A stretch of DNA of 43,314 nt, taken from contig JARQWU010000063.1 of assembly GCA_040182905.1 (NCBI GenBank), positions 1 to 43,314 on the forward strand. Direction: 5' to 3'. This DNA is from Barthelona sp. PAP020 (taxonomy: Eukaryota). This document shows positions 1 through 10,408 of this stretch, piece after piece. The position numbers and the translations under genes are program-made. How positions within the stretch are numbered: the stretch's first letter is position 1; every line of letters starts with the position of its first letter. A model generated the notes under the pieces. It saw only the letters and a program-made list of their open reading frames with translations. It did not search any database and had not been told where the DNA came from.

Positions 1-13
1 ATGTAAATAAATT

Positions 14-55
14 TAAACTTTTGAAAACTTTTGAAAACTTTTGAAACCTTTTGAA
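14..55. repeat. Short tandem repeat, ~4 copies of a 10-bp unit (TTGAAAACTT)
   Basis: taaactt-ttgaaaactt-ttgaaaactt-ttgaaacctt-ttgaa read directly. Confidence 0.8.
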
Positions 56-829
56 GATATTTCTTTCCTTTACGACTTGCCAAATTTCCCTTCCACTTTA
101 ATGGAGCTCTGATGTAAACTGTTACATACTTCCGTACAAGTATTGAAACCTGTACGAGTTGGATATGTTCCGATTTTGAAAATTTCGCTGTACCAGCTCA
201 AAAAATTAAAGGCTTAAATTTATATTTACTAACTGGGGTTGGGGAAATTACTCCATGGTATCTTTGCTATTTTGGTCAACCGATTTAGAATTCTTTGAGT
301 CCATATCGTTCACTCGACAAAATAATTCATGATGCAAAACAGAAAATGATTATAAAAGCTTTTACAAGGATTCACACGACAATAATAATAAATGTTTATG
401 AAGATCTTTATTGTTCTCGGTTAGAGTTTGGGGGTACTTGCAGCTGAGTCGTTTTGCGTGGATGGTTCAGAACACTCTTAAAAAAAAAAGAAATACTTTA
501 GGTGTGGATGGGGCGATTATCTATAAAAAGTTTAACAGTGTAATACTTTCCTTTAGCCTCTTGATTCACTTTAACTGTCTCCACTTATGTTCTCTTTGTA
601 AGACTTTGATATTCCATGTTGTCAGCAATTACAACAAGAAATCTTAAACACATTTATATTGTCTTTTGCTTGAAATCCATCGCTTTGTTACGAACACCTC
701 TTTCTATTACACAATTACCAATTCCATTTTTAAGGCAAACATCACTGTTTTTGTAAATTTTGTCATTTTTAAAAATAGGGAAAAAGTTTAAATGAAGTGG
801 GAATTTCCAAATATTCAAATAAAAAAAAA

Positions 830-2320
830 CTATTCCAAAACATTTATAAAAATATTAAGTTCGGTTTCAATTGCGCTCTTCAACTTTGATAATACATCCA
901 ACTTAAACTTTTGCAAATGATTAATTTTGATACGAACGTCTCCCAAACTATTCACACATTTTTCTTCCTTTATTCGGGAAGAATCAGCCAACTCATTAAA
1001 TCTGTCAACCTTTCCTTGAGCATTGGTAAGCTCCTGAACTCGCATTTCAAAATTGTTCGTTGACAATGAGATTAAAAGAGCACTTTCTAACTCGGGATTT
1101 GAAAAAGCCTCCAAATGCTTGCACAAAATATCTCCCCATTCTCTAAGCATATCAACATCAACCTTTCCTACCAAGTCTTCTAAAATCCAAATAAACTCTA
1201 AATTGTTCTTGTCCTCAATAGATTCGGCCAGCGTCGATAAAAACTCAACCATCCCACTCAATTCAGCAATGAGATTCTGTCTTTGCTGACTGTTCATTAG
1301 CAAATTAATGATTGGATGTCCATATTTATCTTCTAACTGAATGATACTCTTTGTATTGTTGCTTTCAACCAAATCATTCTCCATTGAATTAATATTTTCT
1401 GAATCGCCCCAATCAATAGTTTCAGCATTTGTATTAACTTCTAAAGAACCCGATTCGTCCAAACCCATCAACATATCTTCTAAAGAAAGACCGGAAAGAT
1501 CCATTGCTGATGGCTGTTCTGTCAAGTCAAAATTCATTTCTCCCCAATCAATAGTTTCTGCTTCTTCTTGTTTTTGCTCCTTAATTACCTTGAAATCACT
1601 CAAATCTTCCCCATCCAAAACCAATTTCAATGTATCCATAGCAAAACCATGTTTATTCACTAGATCATTCAATTTACCAAAATATGTCTCCATAAAATCA
1701 ATGATCTCCCTCAATTCAGAATCTTGCTGAATCTTAATACCAACATCAGCAATTAAGTTGGGAACTTCATCGACTTTCTTTGTCAACTCATCACGTATAT
1801 TTTCTCCAACTAACCCTAACTCTTTACACTTCTTTTCACACTCTAAAGCAGCACTTTTTGCTTGCTGTTTATAACTATTCTGTTTATGCTTGTTTTCTTT
1901 GATATTTTGGGTTAAAGATTCAACACATTTTAGTTCTGCAGGTAAAGTAAACGTTTCAATGTGATTTAACTTTCTTGATGCGTCAATCCAATACAGATGT
2001 TTTGACTTAAATTCAGTAACTAACTGTTTACATAATTTTAAACGTTCAGATGCACGTCTAAATAATCCAGTATCTTCAGATTCTTCCAAAAGACTTAATA
2101 GTTCAATCAAATCAAAATAAGTTATCAATTCATGATCTTTATACGGTTTATATTTCTCTTCATCAGGTAATAAAGTGACTAAATATTGTAACCTGTCATT
2201 TAAAGTTGATAATCTATCTTTCCAATTGTTTGGGATTAAATCTCTCAAAGTAAACCAATCACTTAATCGATTTAACTTCACATCAATTGTTTCAATTTTT
2301 TCTGTTGTTGATTCTTCCAT
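830..2320 (-). CDS. CDK5RAP3: CDK5 regulatory subunit-associated protein 3 (C53/LZAP), UFMylation E3-complex adaptor / ER-phagy receptor, 496 aa
   Basis: N-terminus IDVKLNRLSDWF...IPNNW resembles IDI..KL.DWL; ITYFD..ELL.LLEESE..LF; ELGLVGENIRDEL; central acidic disordered region with two IDWG motifs; RQNLIAEL; C-terminal INVL. Confidence 0.85.
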   Translation of the reverse strand: MEESTTEKIETIDVKLNRLSDWFTLRDLIPNNWKDRLSTLNDRLQYLVTLLPDEEKYKPYKDHELITYFDLIELLSLLEESEDTGLFRRASERLKLCKQLVTEFKSKHLYWIDASRKLNHIETFTLPAELKCVESLTQNIKENKHKQNSYKQQAKSAALECEKKCKELGLVGENIRDELTKKVDEVPNLIADVGIKIQQDSELREIIDFMETYFGKLNDLVNKHGFAMDTLKLVLDGEDLSDFKVIKEQKQEEAETIDWGEMNFDLTEQPSAMDLSGLSLEDMLMGLDESGSLEVNTNAETIDWGDSENINSMENDLVESNNTKSIIQLEDKYGHPIINLLMNSQQRQNLIAELSGMVEFLSTLAESIEDKNNLEFIWILEDLVGKVDVDMLREWGDILCKHLEAFSNPELESALLISLSTNNFEMRVQELTNAQGKVDRFNELADSSRIKEEKCVNSLGDVRIKINHLQKFKLDVLSKLKSAIETELNIFINVLE

Positions 2321-2728
2321 AAGTATTTTCTTCCAATAAAAAAATTGTTTTATTGTTCTTTTTACAAATTTCCATTAACAAGGTTGCTGTCAATATTTTA
2401 TATGCATTAAATTCATCTGTCTATATTGAAGGAGTGATAAAAGAATAATTGTCATTTTTGATGGATTTTGCTTTTACATTTTTCAAACATTTTGTAAAAG
2501 TCTTATGCTTAATATATCTTTACGTTTTTTAAACAATTTAAGCAAAATTGAAAAGGTTTCAACAGTTTGAATTGAAAAATGAAAATAAATATTTAAGTTT
2601 TTCTTGAAAATATGAAGAAGTTATATTTTTTGTTATTTTTTTGACTCATATTGGGATTCAATTCAAAAATAAATACAAAAAAAAACAAATCAAACATATT
2701 CACATTCTTTTTTAAACAAGTATTTTTA

Positions 2729-3337
2729 ATGGACGAATCAGATAATAATCATGATAACCATGAAACTCATGATGAAGACAAACCCAAAAAACAAGAAACA
2801 AGAAGAATTTTTATTCCATCACACAGATTTACTCCTTTAAAAAATAGTTGGATTCAAATATATGAACCTTTAGTCCGTCATATGAAACTCCAAGTCCGTA
2901 TGAATAGTAAAAGTCGTTTGGTTGAGATTAGAGAATCACCTGAAGTTGAAGATCCCAACGCTTTAAATAAAGGGGAAGATTTCATTAAAGCGTTTGCAAG
3001 TGGTTTTCCTGTTGAACAAGCTCTAGCTTTATTGCGATTAGATGATATTTATGTTGATTCATTTACTATTAAAGAGGTTAGACAAACTTTAAAGGGTGCA
3101 AATAAATCAAGAGCTGTTGGACGTATTGCTGGTAAAGATGGTAAAACCAAATATGCCATTGAAAATGCTACACGTACACGTATTGTTTTGGAAGGTGAAA
3201 GAATAAATATAATGGGTACCACTGCCAATGTAAACAACGCAAAAAGAGTTATTGTTGATTTGATTAGAGGTTCTCCCGCGGGAAAGATTAATACTAAGTT
3301 AAGAGCTATATCTTCTTTGAGTAAAGGTCGTCTTTAG
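2729..3337 (+). CDS. PNO1: Pre-rRNA-processing KH-domain protein PNO1/Dim2, 202 aa (ATG at 2729, not the ORF-track start at 2651)
   Basis: RRIFIPSHRFTPLKNSWIQIYEPLV, ALLRLDDIYVDSF, SRAVGRIAGKDGKTKYAIENATRTRIV, LIRGSPAGK are hallmark PNO1 motifs. Confidence 0.95.
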   Translation: MDESDNNHDNHETHDEDKPKKQETRRIFIPSHRFTPLKNSWIQIYEPLVRHMKLQVRMNSKSRLVEIRESPEVEDPNALNKGEDFIKAFASGFPVEQALALLRLDDIYVDSFTIKEVRQTLKGANKSRAVGRIAGKDGKTKYAIENATRTRIVLEGERINIMGTTANVNNAKRVIVDLIRGSPAGKINTKLRAISSLSKGRL

Positions 3338-3413
3338 ATACTTTTTTTTTCATCTTTTATTTTTTGGAACGAAAGAATAAGAAATGATAAATTTAAAATT
3401 TTTTACAACTGCT

Positions 3414-4442
3414 CTATTTCTTAGAATGAGCATAACTGGCTTCTTCCCTTCTTTTTTTATTTTTCTTTTTATTTTTGTCAGCACTCTTGATTTTATGTTC
3501 AACAACACGTTTTGTCGTCTTACCCTTTGAAATATTTTTAATTTTCGAAATCTTGTCGATGCCCAATTGGATGTTCTCGATTTTTTTCGTGTTTTGCTTT
3601 GCATTTGCAATAGCATCACTTGTTAAGCCCTTTGCTGCATCAATTAATGTTTTCAATGGTGGGGTGAAGATGTATTCTTCTTTATTTGATTCACTTTCAA
3701 CGGTATTTCCAAGAATTTGTTCTTTTTCCAATTGTATCGATAATAAAAGGTCTTCAAAAGTCAAATTTTCTAAATCATCCCAGGTAAGAATATCTTTTGA
3801 CAAAACTGAGGGAGGCTTTTGATCTTTGACCGTTGAATCAGTTTTTGGTAAAGTCAGAAATTCATCAATTTCCTTTTCTTGTACATTATTTGATGTATTG
3901 TCATTGATTTGAGAAAATATTTCTTCTTCAGCCTTCTCTAATGTTGTTTTCGTTTCTATTTCATCTGTAATCTGTTCCAAATCTTGTTTTTCACCATCTT
4001 CTTCAGCTTCGACTTCATTTTCCATTTGTTCATTTACTTCTTCTTCCACTTCTGATGAATCGCTCAAATCTTTAATGATTATTGTCAAATTTTCATAAAT
4101 TTGGGTAATTTTCCCTTCATTCTCTTGCATGTTTTCCCTATCATCTGAGAAACTATCAAATTCCACTTTTAATTCTTCAAATTTCTGATATAGTGAACTT
4201 TCATCATTAATTAAAGGATTTAATTTGACAATCAACTCATTAACTTTATTGCAAAGTTCAAGAACATAAGATAAATCATCATTTAAAACATCATTATCTT
4301 TTTCTTTAAATTTATCTAATTCTTCAACACTATTATTGGTATTTTCGGTCTCATTTTGATTTTCATAATTGACATCGTCCATTTCTTCAACAATTTCTTT
4401 CATTTTTTCCTCATCACTATTATTTGAATCACTTGAAGGCAT
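3414..4442 (-). CDS. Hypothetical acidic coiled-coil-like protein with a basic C-terminal tail (NLS-like KKKNKKRR), ~342 aa
   Basis: Long open frame, first ATG at 4442, E/D/N-rich; no family recognised. Confidence 0.7.
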   Translation of the reverse strand: MPSSDSNNSDEEKMKEIVEEMDDVNYENQNETENTNNSVEELDKFKEKDNDVLNDDLSYVLELCNKVNELIVKLNPLINDESSLYQKFEELKVEFDSFSDDRENMQENEGKITQIYENLTIIIKDLSDSSEVEEEVNEQMENEVEAEEDGEKQDLEQITDEIETKTTLEKAEEEIFSQINDNTSNNVQEKEIDEFLTLPKTDSTVKDQKPPSVLSKDILTWDDLENLTFEDLLLSIQLEKEQILGNTVESESNKEEYIFTPPLKTLIDAAKGLTSDAIANAKQNTKKIENIQLGIDKISKIKNISKGKTTKRVVEHKIKSADKNKKKNKKRREEASYAHSKK

Positions 4443-4837
4443 TTTTTTTTGAATATTAGATGTGATAAACAAAAAATTTTTCAAATTGTTTTTTTCCTTT
4501 TGCAGATTTTTTCGGGTTGAAGTTGTTGTGTAATTATTTCCCAAATCAAATCACACTCTTTATTTTAGTCAAATGTTGTGTGTTGTTTACAACAATTTAC
4601 AAAAAAGAAATACATTTTTATTTTCAATTCATTTGGATTTCATCTTCTCCTTTTGAACCATAAAGCTTTTGTTCATTCAGTTTCACATCACATTTTTGTT
4701 GTGAGGTGCCTGAAAGAATACATGAAGGGATTATATAATATTCTCAAACAAAGAAGTCCTCATTGCTCTATCTCCACAAAAAATTCAAACATTTTCTGAA
4801 GACCAACCTTTTTTTCTCCAAGAATGATCATAGAAAA

Positions 4838-6076
4838 CTAATCATCATTTTCATCATTTTCATCAGTGTCCTCATCCATATGCTCATGCATGTTTCCTCC
4901 ATTAGTTCTATTCAGCTCAACCAAGTCCCAACACGTCCCAACGGTCAAATCATATTCTTCTTTGGTCATGTAAATGCCCTCTGTTACTAATTGTCGAATG
5001 TAACAAAGATCAACATTGAGGCCAATAACAGTTGCCAAGACATTACCTTCATTCTTTGCCAATTCAATTAGTTTTGACTTGTAAGAAGGACAATAGGGAT
5101 TAATGATGGGATACAGTCTAATCTTCTTATTATAGCCCCTTCCACTGCAACATACCAACTGTCTTCTATCAGGTGATATTGAGAAGGAGAATGAATGCCG
5201 GTCATTATGACAGTGAATCTTTTGAACTTCGTTAAAGCTCTCTGTATTGAATGAAGTCACATACCCATCACCAGACATGACAATTAAGATGGAAGATGTT
5301 AGGAAATGAATATCAAAAACTTGACTGCCCAGCTCAAATGCATGAATAAGAGATCCATCATCCATGTCCCACAGTTTAACATTGCTTGATTCATCACCAA
5401 CAGCAATTATTCTTTTTGTTGGATGAAAATCAACCGTTCTAACATGTGAATCATGATTAAACGTATGAATAACGGAGAAATCGTCATAGTTAACCAACTT
5501 TGCTGTTTTATCTCCACTTGCTGTTAAGATACAATCATTATTAGGGGAAACTTTAATTCTCCAAATAAAATTTGAGTGTAAATTTGTCTGAAAAACAATG
5601 TTATGGTCATTCAACTCCCATTTTTTCAAATCCCCAAAATAATCACCAGAATATAAGTAATTGCAACAATGGGAAAAACAGATTCCATCAACAATTGAAT
5701 CATTTCTCAATTGGAACAAGATAGAGAAATCTACCAAGCTATAGACAATAATAGAGCCATCACAAGAAGCTGTTGCTAATTTTCTTCCATCGGATGAAAA
5801 TGCAACGCCATAAACGTTACTCGTGTGATCATTTAAAGTTCGTTTTAGTTTTCCACTTGTCATATCAATTACATGTACAAGTCCTTGATCAGATGTACCA
5901 CCAACTACAAGGTATTCACCATTTGGAGAATATTCACAAAAAACTGTGATAATTGGAATGGTTTCATCTATTTCATTTACATCATCTTCGACGATTTTCC
6001 AAGGAAACATTTCATAAACCTTTTCCCTTATAATTTCTCTTTTCTGTTCTAAAGTGTCAAGAGATGCTGAATCCAT
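4838..6076 (-). CDS. WD40-repeat beta-propeller protein with an additional C-terminal domain, 412 aa
   Basis: HTSNVYGVAFSSDGRKLATASCDGSI, HSNFIWRIKVSPN..ILTASGDKTAKL, HDSHVRTVDFHP..IAVGDESSNVKLWD; about 7 blades. Confidence 0.92.
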   Translation of the reverse strand: MDSASLDTLEQKREIIREKVYEMFPWKIVEDDVNEIDETIPIITVFCEYSPNGEYLVVGGTSDQGLVHVIDMTSGKLKRTLNDHTSNVYGVAFSSDGRKLATASCDGSIIVYSLVDFSILFQLRNDSIVDGICFSHCCNYLYSGDYFGDLKKWELNDHNIVFQTNLHSNFIWRIKVSPNNDCILTASGDKTAKLVNYDDFSVIHTFNHDSHVRTVDFHPTKRIIAVGDESSNVKLWDMDDGSLIHAFELGSQVFDIHFLTSSILIVMSGDGYVTSFNTESFNEVQKIHCHNDRHSFSFSISPDRRQLVCCSGRGYNKKIRLYPIINPYCPSYKSKLIELAKNEGNVLATVIGLNVDLCYIRQLVTEGIYMTKEEYDLTVGTCWDLVELNRTNGGNMHEHMDEDTDENDENDD

Positions 6077-6410
6077 AAATTACAAAAAACAGATCAAATG
6101 CATTTTTTTCTTCAAAAATTTTATTTATTGCCACTATTTTGAACCTCGATTGTGATTTTGTCACATTTTTTATTACCGTGACAAAGTTTTGATCATTCAT
6201 ATTATCATTCAATTTAAAACTTTGAAACAGTATTCGCCTGCATTTTATAAAATGCATTTGTTTTTGAATAATTTCTTCCTTGTAAAGTTTGAAAGGATAA
6301 ATTGTAACAAAAAAATAATTCAAAAAAAACAAAAATAAAAACAAAAATAATTTCCGTTTATGAATTTATCAAACACTTTTATTGTTTCTTTTGTTATTTC
6401 AATTAAAACA

Positions 6411-9400
6411 TTAAATATCAAGTGTATCCTTAGATAAATTATCAATGATCTTGAAAAGATCTCTGATTTCCAAAGCTAAATTCTGATCAGTCTCTTCAGA
6501 TAATTCTGATAGATAAGGTAAAATTACTGATAATACAGAAAGATATTCTTCTGATAAGCTAGAGAACATTTCTATTTCAAATTGAACGACTAATCTTCTG
6601 ACATTTAGATTTTCATGTCTTGCAAGTATAAGGAATCTTGAACTGAATTGTTTCCACAATAAATCATCATGCACACACTTGTTCAAATTGATCAATGCAG
6701 GTAATAATGAACTAAACAATAGATCTGATTGATTTTCACAAAATTTAATGAGTTTAATGAAAATTTTGGTAAACTGATCAAAGACATCCACTTGTAGATT
6801 ATCACAATAAATCAACCATTCAGCAATAAAGTTCAAACAGCTGAAAATCAGATCCATATTTTCAGAAGATAAACTACTCATCATCAAATCAATATATTTA
6901 AAAATGAAGGGGGCCATTATGGTCTGTAGATTCTTTTGTATGGGGATCAGCATATTGAATAGAGAGGCACATCTATCAGTGCTCAATTGTTTATCAAACA
7001 ACATAAAAGAGTAGTTTTCATGTAAATTCTCAAGAGATGTGGCTTGAGCCCACAAGAACATTCTGTTTAATAAAGGAACAAACACTTTTTCATTCATATG
7101 TAAAGACAATTCCATCAAGGCGTTGGCTGTCTCATCTTCAAGGTATTCAATCTCTTCTAAGTCTTCACGATCCCAATATTTTCGACGATAGTCTAATGTG
7201 GGGAAAATAAATACATTAATCAACTCTAAACCAATGGTTTGAATTGTTGTTGTATCAAATCTAGAAGCAAATGAGATGATAAACATTGATATTTCAACAA
7301 GATATGCTGCATTATCGATATACTTAGCAGCGACCTGTCCAATTGCTTGAACTAAGTATTTCAAATCCAATTTGCTCAATGCTTGTCTACACAAATTAAT
7401 GGGCTCAATGGTTGGCCATTCAGAAAATAGAGGATGCAATAAACTATCAAGTATCGAATTATTCAAAGAGATTTGATAACCACAAAACGTGGGTAATTTT
7501 TCAGCAGTCTTACGAACACAATTGAAACAACCACAAACAGCTCCAATCAATTCTAAATCCAAAGTCTCATCACTATTTATCAAATCGATCGTTAATCCTA
7601 AAAAGTCAGAAACATTTTCAAAAAGTTTTGGAATGTATGGAATGAACGATTTTGAGGTCTTTTCTTTCGATAAAAGATTGGAAATCAAATCCATTACAGC
7701 TATAACAACCTTGAATTGATCATTAGCCTCTAGCTTATCTTTATCAAATTCTTCACAAATAAAGCTAATCAAACCTTGGAATTGTTCACCATAGATCTCA
7801 CCAAATGAAGAAACCAATAACGTTAACAATCTAGTCAATACCAAAATCAAATCAACATTCACATCAGTGTCATTTGCAGTAACATTTAATTTTTCTACCA
7901 ATAGAGGTAAGAGATTCAATAAAGATTCTCCTTGTTCAGACATACTACCCACACTTGATAAAGTGTGTTGAATTTTATCACTAAGAATATCAACAGCATA
8001 AGACTGTACTTTTTCATCATCATTTTCCAAAATATTGATCAACATTTCAGTGAAATGATCATAATCTAAAATCAATCCAATACTTCCCATTGTGTCAATG
8101 ATTTGATTGGTAATATTAATGAACAATGTTGTTTTATGCTCATTACACTCAGTTAAACATTTGATTAAAGACTGCCATATAGCAGTGATTTTATTTCTTG
8201 TCTTTTCCACTTGTTTGACATTTAAACTCCATAAAACGTCGTAAATGATACGATGAATGAAAAATATGAGTTCAATTCTCTTTGTCTTTAATTCAAGCTT
8301 AAATTTGGATAATTCAACTGTAATACCAGCCAATCTATCCAATACAAGAACAAAATATTTGGGCTTTTGATTCAATAATAAATCAACGATCAAATTATAG
8401 GATAAAACAAAGTTTTGATTATCGTTGAAAACTTCCATCTCTTCTAAATCGATATTTTCTTCTTCAACGGTACTAACACTCTGTAATAACAAGGCAACAA
8501 CAAAATAATATAATAAATCTGCTTTCATTTCATTTCCACAACTATTGATGATGGTATTGATCAATCTCAATCTGAATTCTTCATGAATGTTATGTAAAGT
8601 GATAGCAAAGTGATTAATAAAAGCTTGAATCGAATATTTTGTAGCAATTGAAGGTAATATCATCTTTAAAATGTTTTCGATCAAATTTATTGATTTATGA
8701 TTAATAAATGTGTCAAATGATATACTTAAAAGAATAGAATGTAAAAAGAATGTAATTTCTTCAGAATCAAGTAGTTTTGAAGAAATTGCTTCAATAAAAC
8801 TTAATATATTCGTTTGTAAAACAGGTAACATGTTATAACTATGAATTATTGGTAATAATTTCAAGAATTTGTCATTAATTTTTGAATCAAATGTATCCAA
8901 AGAAAAATTCATCACGAAACTTTCCAAAACATTGAAAAGATTATTCAAAATGGTATTTTTTAACGAAATATCTTCACATATCATAATCTTTTCTAATATG
9001 ATATCATTCAATAGATAGTTATCCAATAACAATAACAGATCTCCAGAATTACAACCTTGTGCAATATAAAAGATTAAAAATAATTGTTCAAAATTTTCAA
9101 TAGTATATTCTAAAGTAATATTAGTTGAAGGAATAAAATTTTGAAATTGATTAAAAGAAAAAGTATTAAATTTTCTCAAAATCATTTGACAATCATTAAT
9201 AAAAATAGAATCGATATCAGAAGTGTTAGCAAAAGCATTTAAAAATAATAATTCAATCAGATATTCATCATTTTTGAAAAATTCATAATATTTTTGAATG
9301 ATTAAACGTTTTAAATTAATATTTAAATTATCTAACGATAAAATCCATTGGAAATCTTTCACTCTAGCAAATGATAAACAATTTCCTATGAACTTTTTCA

Positions 9401-10364
9401 AATTGTTACTGTAAAAGTCATTGGAAATTAATAAATTTATTAAATCTTTGTTAAATTTACTAATTTTGATAACATTTATCAACCAATGAACAAATTTATA
9501 ATTCTTATCTTCTAACAATAATTTAACAATCAATAAAATATTCTTGTAATACTTCTTTTCATTTTCTTTCAATAAATTTTCAAAACAACTATTTAAAGTA
9601 TAATCATTCGATAGATTATTTAATATTTCAAAGATAAACCAAGGTGATAAACTATCAAATGAATTCCCTTTACATTCTAAATGGCTAACCAAAGATTTCC
9701 TAGCTTTAGCAGAATCATTTATAATGGCTTGCAATTGCTTGATCATTCTTAAAGGTTTATATTCATTGAAATCGAATAATAAGATAAGCATAATTGTTTG
9801 AGGAAACAAAGTTTCCTTCTTCACTTGTGTGAGTGACTTCACTATTCCACAACTTATCAATTCAATTATCTCACAACAATTCAGATTTAATTTTGTTGTC
9901 TTGCTTTGTCTCATCATTGTACTGATTAAAAATTCAAATGGTTTACCACACACGAGATAATGAGACATTATTTCACTCAAAACTCCAGCAGTTAAGTAAG
10001 ATACGTTTTTTGTTTTGGTGCATAACAGCAACAAGGTCATTAATTCATGTATCGATTCAATTTGTCCAACAAATGATCGAAGGATTATCAACATACCACT
10101 CAATTGATCTACACGACTTGTAACTGACAACACTTGAAGATTATCAATACCAACATCATGAATCATGTGAAGATCAGTGATTGAGTATTTATGATGACTG
10201 AGTAAATAATTCATTCCTTTAATTACGCTGTTATAGCATGTAGATAAAATGGGAGTTAAACAAACCATCAATTCTTCAGCAAGATTTATATCTTCTTCAG
10301 CATTGGAATTAGAACTTGATTCTTCTTCTTCTTCTTCTTCTTCTTCTTCATCACCTACTTCCTT

Positions 10365-10408
<44 letters not shown>

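Noticed and set aside
14..55. Tandem repeat as CRISPR or telomeric array
   Set aside because: No spacers, only ~4 short AT-rich units, no G-rich telomere pattern, eukaryotic context.
411..647. 78-aa plus-strand ORF
   Set aside because: Non-ATG start, spans a poly-A run, no recognisable motif.
6057..6344. 95-aa minus-strand ORF
   Set aside because: TTG start, low-complexity F/K-rich translation of an AT-rich promoter spacer.
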